Assembly: GCA_050084985.1 (NCBI GenBank)
Contig: JBITNC010000001.1
Location: forward strand, 205,406,001 to 205,470,000
DNA from: Nageia nagi
Lineage: Eukaryota > Plantae > Pinophyta
Direction: 5' to 3'
DNA: 64,000 nucleotides
Shown here: positions 27,001-36,279 of the stretch, piece after piece
Layout: the number at the start of each line of letters is the position of its first letter
Position numbering within the stretch: position 1 is the stretch's first letter
Program-made: the position numbers and the translations under genes
The notes under the pieces: generated by a model
Told to the model about the DNA's origin: nothing
Seen by the model: the letters and a program-made list of their open reading frames with translations, nothing else
The model's database searches: none

Positions 27001-27591
27001 TGAAGGTGAGACATATCTATCTGTTTCCTCCCCTGCTGCTATGGCTAGCATGGACAATAGTAATTGCAGATGTGCAGAAAAGTTTGAGAGTGGGAGTTCA
27101 GAACTGGGGAACTCTCTAAACTTTGCGGAACCGGCTGTATTTTTATTTAGCCAAGCAGTGATATTTGCTCTTAGGTTGGCGCTAGGTGTGATATACCAAT
27201 CAATTTGCATGAGGGGAACCATAGGAGGGGGTGGACTGAAAGCCTCCGCTATTGCAACAGAATCCAAATTTAGGATAGTTCTACCTTGCAAGTCTCTGAC
27301 TCTCCTAGTTGCAGGATCGAATGCCCCTCTTATGATTTCTACCAACTCGGGAGCAGGAAAGCATCTATGAGGGATGAAATGCATGAGACCCGAACCCATT
27401 GGGGAATGAGCTATATGATTGAAGCTGAAGTTTGGGCACTTACCTTCCGCAGTGCCCTTGGGGTTCTTGTTCGGGGCTGTAATCTCCGTATCCCACAATA
27501 ACTCCATGGAATCTGATACCTTCTTTGCCGTCTTCGCCACTGATCCTGAGCTCATTCTTGTTCGCTTGGCACCTTGCGCTGTGCTTATCAA
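24073..27591 (-). CDS. Intact 1172-aa retrotransposon extra ORF: conserved N-terminal domain, acidic/Pro-Ser linker with NLS-like PPPKRRRR, C-terminal coiled coil
   Basis: Uninterrupted 3.5-kb ORF; first ATG at 27555. The motif FPAPELV...GRTILNLDSVAIAEAF resembles env-like/Transposase_32-type extra ORFs of plant retrotransposons (by eye). No RT, RNase H or integrase motifs. Confidence 0.85.
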   Translation of the reverse strand: MISTAQGAKRTRMSSGSVAKTAKKVSDSMELLWDTEITAPNKNPKGTAEGKCPNFSFNHIAHSPMGSGLMHFIPHRCFPAPELVEIIRGAFDPATRRVRDLQGRTILNLDSVAIAEAFSPPPPMVPLMQIDWYITPSANLRANITAWLNKNTAGSAKFREFPSSELPLSNFSAHLQLLLSMLAIAAGEETDRYVSPSRLVIAYRISHPVSPAMYDWSSALSDGISEQLARIGDGFHFAYTSYIVWMMIHQNAEVFKNLTLVQSNEDGSQKPVDKWTEEVRSSANYYSFVEKFLVPAMGLLTPTVPRLSTASKLYLRMPHGEVGDWFFAENGTFIRLYGFSGAPFLLPVHVTDWIFSVEYARQMDYIDSKYGAAAKKRGVYALPHKVHDLVLQSRGASDYLRGKLLKLKLKELSSYCLYDPEDIFGKKLRSQPNSPAFRAENKPELLKWRNPEQEDKVMPTAVITQDLLPPWLSFYNRKAVFDLKTDSISKKALKILRDQRWSEEKIAAFTQYRIESGNRNTPLESDLDDKFEEMWELEHPTEVPTGEDSDDSEEQGHAMSQAPAREKQHEEEIREISTETATKRPERVYMAKRKTQMEKASLPPPPKRRRRSPTPSGTLPTPSSPLSLSSALPAHTVPISVSITLPPIPAAIPAAHIPSLISPPSTQRQSPPLPTPILQIPPLASIITIPSSPQPSPPPSSAPLSISTLPAADLSGNSNPGASQASPVTPAQQIVAASSQELSARSPFIMISGQQVSVDGIMQQYQQMKQGQESWMQKQAKKLPLPENPVRFRTSMDPKHKVLEMAIVQDPQEGLSDLSSMNTRVKIDTRSISRSDKNELLQTAVDLNISELTKLEVKYHKLQKAHEAMKQQLDTNKIKLKAAENNISILKTSLAMAPTADKLSQKDAIIAQRDAEITARVAEISSLNANMVELQAKLNANKVDKSFLLNTKEKFWELRMQEVKDLIHLRDYVESCLSELKRLEAEVTRCESILNPISEQAKQANKRLNSLSNEKLQSYNIGDRVELMSAIDYPGRGKWVCQEIRNNVLRRTQEMETLKSEIQGLNASGIPDLWRSDGSLVTEADFLSSLRNRIQNTDDVDTLLVSFDETNFVKFFDSLADGSFRIQQLLRRYANISYEVLNHTALAQARLKDFYGIPANWNKVERILSLQN

Positions 27592-28091
27592 CCTTCTTGG
27601 GCCACTGCTTATGCCTCAAACTCGGATTCTCTTGCTCTGTTTCACAGTTCCTGGCGATGCTCAGTAAGCGCTAACTTTGCAAATTGGTGAGCCAAAACTT
27701 TCTATGAATACTAGCATATAGGTGTCTTGGTAAGTAGTGCTCTGGGTCTTTTAACAGCTCACTTGAACGCACGATCTTTCGAAGCGAGGGAAATCAACTC
27801 ACGACAGCCGCATTAATAACTGATTTGCCGTTTTACGATCTTTTCGGGAACCTTGGGATTTGATTGCATGTACCCTCTTGGAAACTTTTAATTCTGCCGG
27901 CGCAAAAAGGTTCCACTACTATTTACGTTACGCTAGTAGTAAATTACTGACAACAACCACTCGAAATAAATGCAACATCACACTATTTACAATATGTATA
28001 CAAATCAAATTCCTTCTTCCCAACGGTCACTTTCCCGCGCTAGTGGGCTTCAGAAAAACTACTGTGTCCGCTGGTGTGGAATTCATCAAGT

Positions 28092-29357
28092 TCACGTTCC
28101 GGCTTTGTCATCCGCTACGCCAGGCGGAGGAATACCTCCACTCCTCGACAGATACTCTTGGTATTGAAAAATAGGGCAGGTTGTTTGTTCATGAGCATCA
28201 TTACAAGCCAAACACAACCCATTAGCCGCCCCGGAAGTGGAAGCTTGGTCCACGTCCTCATTCAACACATGTTGAGCTTTCTCTACAGCAGGGTAGGGAT
28301 ATCTTCTGGCATTATTTTGTCTGGTCAACACGGTAATCTGGTTTGCCATATTTCTACACAAATTCCGGAGTTCCTGAATTTCTGTAGATGATGCTACTCC
28401 TTGGTTCATATTAGGCTGATGTGGAGCTGGTAAGGCCAAGGGAGCTCTAGGAATTGGCAAATTTGACGACCAGGGTTGAACAGGGGCAGGAATATTAGCC
28501 AGAGGCGGGACTGAACTGATTACCGGAGGTCTCAAAATTTGCTGTTGTGTTGTGGTTATTGGGAAATAGGGCATTGGCATACGGCTTGGTAATTTCCCAA
28601 CTGCAATAAGGCATGATTCAGCATATACTGCTTGTCTATAGACCTCCGGGAAAGTATTCACTCCGGAATTTTGGATTTGCAGAGAGAGATCCGGAGGAAA
28701 GGCTCTCAAATAATACATTAAGGCTTGGAATTGCTGAGGCCTGACTGGCATGGGTACTCTTGTCCATGTTTTCTGGAATCTAATGTTAAAATCTGGGATG
28801 TTCTCTTGTTCAAACCTTTTGATTGACGTGAACTGAGTGAGCAGAGAAAAGGGATCCCCTAGTTCATTAAACTCCAGGATAAAGGGCTCTGCCAGTTGAG
28901 CCCAGGTACTGATGGATCCATTAGAAAGGCCCCTGTACCAATCCAGGACCTTTCCTTTGAAAGACTGAGCCAGTAATCTCACCATAACATCTTCATGCTG
29001 AATATTGTGAATCTTTGCTAGGCCGGCTACATCCACACAGTGCTCATAAGCCGTTTTTTCTGAAGTTGCATCAAACTCCGGAAGGGTTTTAAAAACATTT
29101 GCTGGGATATCATGTAATACCGCCAGAGCTATAGGAACTCCATTGTCCCATTCCGGATAAATATTCTGAGCTGGATTAGCCATTCTAGGGAAGGTATCTC
29201 TAGTATGAAGATTGGATGGTTCTGGCTTGATAGAGGATTTTAGGGAGTCGACACTATTCAGAGACTTGGACTTGATCAGGGTCTTTCTCCTAGGAGTATC
29301 TAACTTCCCAAATTCCGGTTCTTCTTTTGCTGCTCTAGTTTTAGATCTTGTCCACAT
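28092..29357 (-). CDS. gag: Retrotransposon Gag, ~421 aa from MWTRSK
   Basis: Retrotrans_gag-like LLAQSFKGKVLDWYRGLSNGSISTWAQLAEPF...DFNIRFQK. C-terminal zinc-knuckle-like CLACNDAHEQTTC. Located just after the 5' LTR and PBS. Confidence 0.88.
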   Translation of the reverse strand: MWTRSKTRAAKEEPEFGKLDTPRRKTLIKSKSLNSVDSLKSSIKPEPSNLHTRDTFPRMANPAQNIYPEWDNGVPIALAVLHDIPANVFKTLPEFDATSEKTAYEHCVDVAGLAKIHNIQHEDVMVRLLAQSFKGKVLDWYRGLSNGSISTWAQLAEPFILEFNELGDPFSLLTQFTSIKRFEQENIPDFNIRFQKTWTRVPMPVRPQQFQALMYYLRAFPPDLSLQIQNSGVNTFPEVYRQAVYAESCLIAVGKLPSRMPMPYFPITTTQQQILRPPVISSVPPLANIPAPVQPWSSNLPIPRAPLALPAPHQPNMNQGVASSTEIQELRNLCRNMANQITVLTRQNNARRYPYPAVEKAQHVLNEDVDQASTSGAANGLCLACNDAHEQTTCPIFQYQEYLSRSGGIPPPGVADDKAGT

Positions 29358-29447
29358 AAACTCTAGATTGCAAAAGAAAATGACAGGTTCAAAGCACCTA
29401 TGATATTCATAAATAATTTGCTTTAATACATACCATGGATGGTGCTT

Positions 29448-29493
29448 CAGCAGAGTCGCCAATAAATTTCTTCGTGTCCCACCGGGCGTGCCA
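29448..29493 (-). promoter_or_regulatory. Two tandem PBS-like motifs: TGGCACGCCCGGTGGGAC (29476-29493) and TGGCGACTCTGCTG (29448-29461)
   Basis: Both match, from memory, the 3' ends of plant tRNA-Arg isoacceptors used as primers by Tat/Ogre elements. The first lies 11 nt inside the LTR end. Confidence 0.75.
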
Positions 29494-29504
29494 AAAAGAA
29501 ATAC

Positions 29505-31052
29505 TGTTGATTGAGATTGTGTAATATGTGCGCCTGGAACAATCTTAACCAAAGTAGTTCACGAACAGACTGTAGGACGCAGCCTGATCTCCGGAGAAGG
29601 CCGGTTCCTTATCCATTGGGCAGAGAAAAAGTAACAGGAAAGAGATAAAAAGAGTAGGGAGCGAGAGATTTAAGCAAAAGGATAGGGTAACAAGAAAGGA
29701 AGTAAAAGGATAGGGTAACAAGAAAGGAAGTAAAAGGATAGGGTAACAAGAAAGGAAGTAAAAGGATAGGGTAACAAGAGAGAAAGCAAAGGGGTAGATC
29801 ACTAGTTCAGCGCGGGCTTTCGCAGTGTGCGAAACCTTGGCCTGAATCTAGTGTCGCAGCCACAGAACAAGTTCTCACTCTCTGAATAGCTCCCCAGCTT
29901 CTACTCTACCATGTAGCAGACACAGTTATACTAGCAACCCGCAACTATTACTCAGGAAACAAGCTAAGCTACCACAATGTAACCAAATTAAGAATAACAA
30001 TTACGAGTGCTAGACAAGAAAGGTCAAGATGGTTTCATAGTACCGGACTGAAGCTACAGGTCTTCGAGAACAAATGAAAAGGGCAATACTAGGCTTCCGA
30101 CCCTAGTTTCTCTTTATTTTCATATATTTATACTGTGTTAATAACAGTTACAAGATTACAGAATAGAAACGTTTACAAAACGGCCGCAAGATTCTGGCCT
30201 TCTTGAACTGATATCACCTACATATGACACTTGGCCGACTGTTACAAAATTGGGCAGATCGCCGACGATTCGGTTCCCTGATGATGGCACTCAGGTATTT
30301 TGCAGACTTCCTTCTCTCCCGGAATATTCAATTCTCCAACTCGGACTCTTCGATCTTTCCTTGCGGCCTATTTTCCTCTGGGCGCGGTCTTAATCCCAAA
30401 TGTTAATCTTTACCCTTCGCCTGACGTCAGTCTTGAATCTCCGGACTTCTTCATTCACTGGCTCCGGACACTAAATTACTCCTTGATGATGTCATCCATT
30501 CCGGGCTCCGGTTTGCTTTATGAATGCAAACTTCATATTTCCTTGTGACGTCACCTTTGAATCTCCGGAATTTCCCGCCCGCTGGTTCCGGATACTAAAT
30601 TTCTCTTTGCTGATGTCATCTGTTCCGGGCTCCGGTTCTTATTCAAAATGTGAACGTCGTTTCGCCTGTGACGTCATCTTTCTTCCCTTCGGAATGTTTT
30701 CCTTTATGGCTCCGGATACTAAGTCGCTACCTGCTGACGTCATCTCCTCCGGACTCCGGTTTCCTTTGCAATTATGAGCTTCTTCTTTTCCGTGATGTCA
30801 TCTTCATATATCCGGAATGCTTTGTTTCCCGGAGACACTTGTGCTTACTTCGTCTTTTCCGGAACTTGGTCCTTGCCGAAAGATGAATATCTTATTCTCC
30901 GCCACGTCACCATTTCATTCCGGAAAACTTTACTCTGATCCCGAGCTACGTTATCCGCTCCAAAAAACTCCAGAGAATCTAAGAATGAACCCATGGTTGA
31001 AATTAAGGTATACCGGGGCTTTAATAAAGAATTTATTTTGTAGGAATCTACA
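29505..31052 (-). repeat. 5' LTR (1548 bp) of the young element
   Basis: Near-identical partner of 22433-23978; adjacent to the PBS on the minus strand. Confidence 0.95.
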
Positions 31053-31640
31053 CTCCTAACTTCAAATATTTGATTTTTGATGAAGGGAAAGCCCCAAAAG
31101 CTAAAGATTTTTTGCACGAAAGCCAAGACATCATGAAGGCTCTAAAGGAAAATTTGCAGATGGCCCAAAATCGTCAAAAAAAGTATGTTGATCATAAGAG
31201 GATTGATAAAACCTTTGAAGTGGGAGAGATGGTGTATTTGAGGTTACAACCATTTAGGCAATCCTCACTCAAGAAGAGAAGAGCAAAAAAATTACAACCT
31301 AGATTCTTTGGACCATACAAGATCCTGCGTAAGGTTGGAGAAGCTGCATACGAAATATAGCGCCCAAGGAAAGCAAGATTCATAATATCTTTCATGTGTC
31401 ACTCCTTAAGAAGGCTATGGGGCAACAAGAGACCTCATCCACTATCCTTCCACCACTTGACGAAGAGGGACGGTTGGTCTTGATTCCAGAGGTGGTGTTG
31501 GAGACCCGAATAAACAAGTTGAGATCAAGGTATATTCAAGAATACTTGATCAAGTGGAAGGACTTTCTTGATGAAGATTCCACATGGGAAGGAGCTGAAA
31601 TACTAACACATCCATCATTGAATTCCTTGAGGGCAAGCAA
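31053..31640 (+). pseudogene. pol: Integrase C-terminus and chromodomain of the host gypsy element
   Basis: LQMAQNRQKKYVD, KLQPRFFGPYKILRKVGEAAYEI, EYLIKWKDFLDEDSTWE. Confidence 0.9.
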
Positions 31641-31658
31641 TTTAGAGAGGGGAGGCTT

Positions 31659-33013
31659 TGAAACATCCCCTTTTTGTAAAAAATAAATAATTTTGGAATC
31701 CTAAGGATTACCTTTTTGTAAATATTTATTCATGTATTTGTTGTTAGTTACTTGGGATAGAATTATAAAGGTCCATTGGACCCCCTTTGTGAGCCCCATG
31801 AGGGACGTTTTCCTCCCAAGCTAGGATGTGTTATTTGATTTGTCATTAATGCACTTTGAGATCCTAGAGATGATTATGGGAATCCCAAGGCTTGTATAGC
31901 ACCTAGATGACACTAAGCATGGATAAACACCTATTTACCCCAACAATAGATTTGGAAGCACTTGTATACATGCGCCAGCCTTGGGAAGACACCTAGACCC
32001 CCATGTTGGCCCATAATGACCCCTTAGCATCCTCGCATGACTCCTAGACCGTGTGGCATGTTGGACACCCACGTTGGCATGTGTGGCACCTTGGACTCCC
32101 ACGATGCCATTTATGGACTCTAGGTACCCATGTTGGGCACGTTTGACCCCTAGGCACCCACGTTGAAGATCTTGGGCCTCCAAGAGGCTAACGTTGAGAT
32201 TGGGGAGGTGGGTGATGACTCCTAGGTGACATCCAGATTCAATGATGAGCTATATAAGGCAAAGGAGCCTCATTGTAGAGATAGACTTGATTTTGATATT
32301 GGAACCCTTCTCTTCGGAGTTACCAAAGACTTAGCAGTGTCAAGCACCCTTGAGTGCAGTGCACAAAGAGAGTTCAGGAGGCATGGAACACCTTCTATCT
32401 TACGGTTGAGGTGAGTGTTCGTGCTGTGAGGTTGTTCTACCGTGAGGCATCCACAAGTGGCTGCACCTTTAAATCCATATGGTGGTATTCCGAAATCACT
32501 TCCATTCTCTTCAACGAGAACTAGCCTAAGGGAGCCCTTCAGTGAGGCATCCACAGAACTAGCAGTGTGTGATTATTCTACAACAATTTTAGGATTTATC
32601 TCAGCATGTTGTATGTCCTAGTTGGGTCCTTAGAGGCCAACGTTGAGCTCTTTGAGCCAATTCAGTATTGTACTCATAATTATGTCAATAATAGAATCAT
32701 GGCATACTTGGATCTCACTTCTTGTCTCATTATTTGATGTTTGTGCTTCCATATATGTAATGATGAGCTATTTTTGTATATGCATCCTTGTATGGTGAAT
32801 CATTGGCATTCCTGGATGTGTTTGGCATGATATATGAGCCCTAAAGTGTGACGCTGGGGTATAGGGGTGGAATTGAGCTAGTGAGGTGCATCATTTGGTG
32901 TCCTGGCTTGTTATTGTTCATGTTTGATGCCCTAGTATAGTTCGTGGCACGCCTAGGAGTGCATATTGATATTGATTAATATTTTATCTAGCTAATTTCT
33001 ACATTGCGCATAT
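31659..33013 (+). repeat. 3' LTR of the chromovirus element, running into (TA)n
   Basis: Follows the PPT and is colinear with the 5' LTR; its last ~15 bp are replaced by a TA run (33011-33032). Confidence 0.85.
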
Positions 33014-33679
33014 ATATATATATATATATATAACCAAAGCTGAATTATCTTAGTAAGAGCGGACAAATATTTCATAGTACCATAAAAGAATAAATTAAAA
33101 TATAAAGGCATCTTAATCGTGTTGAATGATTAGTGAATTTCTAGTTGAGTGACTTGCAAATCTATTTGTTGAGCAACAAGCAAAATGATAGTCAAATGAT
33201 TTGAAAATTACTAATCAAACAACTGTAAAAATAATCCAAGCATTTTTAGGGAGAGCAACAGATGAAAAATATGTAATTTAGGTTCTACATCTAGTTTAGG
33301 ACTTTTACTACAATTTACCAAGATCTAAAGTATTGCTTAAAAATAATGATCTCTTTTAAATTGATCTAAAATATTCACAAGTATCAACCCCTCCTATTGA
33401 ATTAGTCCGCTTATCTGGATTTCAAGGAGAATTGATTAATCAAGCTCCAATGACAAATTATTCATAACTATTTGGTAAAGAATTTATGCTTGTAGAAGTT
33501 TTGTAGGTATTTGGTGAAGGGTCGCAATTTTTCTAGTCCACCTTTTGTACTTGTTTCCGCTCATTGTAACATTGAGCATAGGTCCCATCATGCTTCTAAA
33601 AGTAAATCTAGCTCACACTCACAATCTGCTCCGAGCTCATTTCTTGTTCCTCATAACAGTCCAATCGGCCAACAATCCG

Positions 33680-33870
33680 ATTGGAACATGGAGATGCATG
33701 CAAAGGCAAGAAAAGCAATGACAAATTTCTGGTATTTTCGCAACATTCCATTAATGTTGCAAACTCACCATACTATCATGTTATGGTGAATGCTTTGACA
33801 ATTTGTGGTGCAAGGTTCATACCCTCGTGTTTAATGATTATAGAGGACCCCTTGTTACATAATGCGTAGC
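33680..33870 (+). pseudogene. hAT transposase fragment (region upstream of DUF659)
   Basis: ARKAMTNFWYFRNIP / NVANSPYYHVMVNALTICG across a frameshift. Confidence 0.6.
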
Positions 33871-33878
33871 AGATGTGT

Positions 33879-35220
33879 TGTTATTCCCTAAGGACGTCAG
33901 TTCTATAATATCATTGTCAAGATTTGGAATAGGTCCATTTAAGCACACATAACCTAATGCTTAGTCAAATAATCATTTTCTTATTTATTTAATAATAATA
34001 GTTCAGCCACCTAGAGATGTGGATAATTCCCTTTCCTCAAATGGCTATAAATAACAATTATGATCATTTTATCATCATCAAGAGTTGTAATGACATATTC
34101 ATATTTGGAGGTTGCCCGCCCGAAATAGCAGAACTATCCATTATCATGTTCTACATTTTCTTGCACATTATTGTGAATGTTATCTTTATCTATGGTATAT
34201 AAATTAAAGAAGGCTCATTACAAGTGGTATCAAAGTGACGATCTTAGCACACTACAAGAAGTCACAACTTGCAAAAAGGGGAAATTGAAACAAATGACCA
34301 AAATTTAGAAGTGGGAATCATTCGACCCAATAAAGGCGCATTCTCGGTTCTAATGGTTTTGGTACACAAGAAGGATGGCTCATGGCGCATGTTCATGAAT
34401 TACAACTATCAAAAATAAGTTTCGAATGCGTATTAATGATTTGTTGGATGAATTACATGGCTTTGTTTATTTCACCAATCTTGATTTACATTCTGGATAT
34501 CATCAACTCAAACTTAGAGAGGAAGATATTCCCAAAACAACTTTTAACATGCACGAGGGTCATTATGAAATTTTTGTTAAACCTTTGGCCTAACAAATGC
34601 CCTTGCCGCAATTCAAAGCTTTATGTACTCCATATTCCACCCTTTCCTCTACAAGCTCATATTGACCTTCTTTGATGGCATCCGTATCTAAGACAAAGAA
34701 TGGCAAGAGCAACTACATGTGGACACCACATTGGCAATCTTACAAGAACCTAAATTGCATGCTAAGGAATCATAATGTGTTTTCGAAACACAAGAGGTAG
34801 AATATCTTGGACATATAGTATCACATGATGGTGTGAAGTTAGATCCAAGCAAGATCTAGGCTATGACGGAATGGAAGATTCCAACAACCATCAAGCAACT
34901 CCATGGATTCCTCGGACATGTAGGGTATTATCAAAGATTTTCTCGCAATAATGGGAGGATCGCAACATCTTTAACAACTTCACTCAAGCAAAATGTGTTT
35001 ATATGGAATGAGGAAGCTACAAAAGAATTTGAGCAATTAAAGGCTTCTATGTGTACAACCCTAGTATTAGCAACACCAAATTTCACCAAAACTTTTGTGG
35101 TTGAATGTTATGCTTTAGGACAAGGGATTGGAGCAATTTTAATGTAGGAAGGTCACCCGATTTCTTATGAATGCCATCAAATGCAAGGAAAAAATTTACT
35201 CAAACCCACTTATGAAAAAT
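33879..35220 (+). mobile_element. Truncated Ty3/gypsy: short LTR (~33879-34222), Met PBS, RT/RNase H remnant; gag missing
   Basis: ...ATTACA followed by AGTGGTATCAAAG at 34223. Motifs KQLHGFLGHVGYYQRF and VLATPNFTKTFVVEC. Confidence 0.7.
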
Positions 35221-36279
35221 AAATATTTGCTCATTTCGTCCCTGTTGCCCTTCATTTTGCTCTACAAGTGCGAGTTTTGAAGATTCAAAGTTTCTCCATC
35301 AATCTAAAGCTCTTCATCATGTATTTTGAGCTTTCCATCATGGAAGCTAATTCTTTTTTTTCTTTGTTCATTTATAACATTGTCCATATTTTGAATGGAT
35401 ATTTTTGTTTTCAAAATTTGTACATTTACTACAAAATAGGGTTAGGGTTTTGTTTTCTTTGATAAAACTCTTTTTTTTCACTCTTGTTTTAAGTTGATTA
35501 ATATGTTCCACTACTAGTTTATATTTTATTTGTACATTGTAGATTCACTAAAAATTAGGGTCAAGAAAAATTATTAAGATTTTTTTCCTTTTTTGGTATG
35601 CCTATAACCCAAATGGGTTTTCTTGTTTGCAAATGGCTTCCAAAGATGAGGGCCATTTATCTCTATTACCAAAGAAGGATTTTGCTTGGAAGGATGGGAA
35701 GAAAGGATCTTCTTCCAAATCAAGTTATTTGTAACTACTTGGTATTCATTGGTTCAAAATTCAAATACCATCTTCCAAGGATACTTGGTTGAGATCTAAG
35801 TTCCAAGAAACTTGTAAAATAGCTGCATTCCTGTATCGGAAACCTTTGAAAACTCAAAAACGTGGACGAAACTCGAAATCTTGTAAAGCATTATCTATAA
35901 AGGCTTATTTTGGATTTGGCATCATATAATCATCTATGAGAGTTAATATAGACATGGTTTTCCTTCTAAAATGTTATTTATGTGTATCATTCTTATTGTT
36001 TTGCAAGTTAATGTGGTATTTTAAAAAAAGCAAATATTTATAACATGTTTCCCCCAACGTACCCATTTTGGAGGGTCACATTTCCAGGATTTCCCGTTCC
36101 AGAAACTTGGAAACGTTTCCACGTTTCGTGCAACTTAGGTCGAGATGTAGGGTATTTTGTGGACCCTAAGGTCACTCATGAGATACAAGCGCCACTATGT
36201 TCCATGGTAGAGAAGAAAATAAAAAATAAAAAACTAGGGTTGCAATTGGAGCTAGGCTTGGGAACTATGGCTTCAATGA

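Larger units (their letters stand above)
22433..31052 (-). mobile_element. Young non-autonomous LTR retrotransposon (Tat/Ogre-like) with gag plus a 1172-aa ORF and no pol
   Basis: LTRs 22433-23978 and 29505-31052 (TG...CA). Perfect TSD CTCCT (22428-22432 and 31053-31057). Inserted in the host gypsy integrase, whose reading resumes on the far side. Confidence 0.95.
18241..33013 (+). mobile_element. Decayed Ty3/gypsy chromovirus-type LTR retrotransposon, split by a nested younger element
   Basis: Diverged LTR pair 18241-~19609 and 31659-~33013. tRNA-Met-type PBS TGGTATCAAAG at 19611. PPT AGAGAGGGGAGG at ~31644-31655. RT, RNase H, integrase and chromodomain remnants in between. Confidence 0.9.

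Noticed and set aside
24863-27667. Plus-strand and alternative-frame ORFs overlapping the 1172-aa ORF
   Set aside because: Shadow ORFs of a long coding sequence, with no independent motifs.
29358-29552. N-terminal 65 aa of the 486-aa ORF as part of Gag
   Set aside because: It starts at a TTG inside the LTR and crosses the PBS; the ATG at 29357 is the more plausible start.
22433-31052. Near-identical 1.5-kb repeats as an assembly duplication
   Set aside because: TG...CA ends, perfect TSD, PBS and clean interruption of the host integrase show a real insertion.
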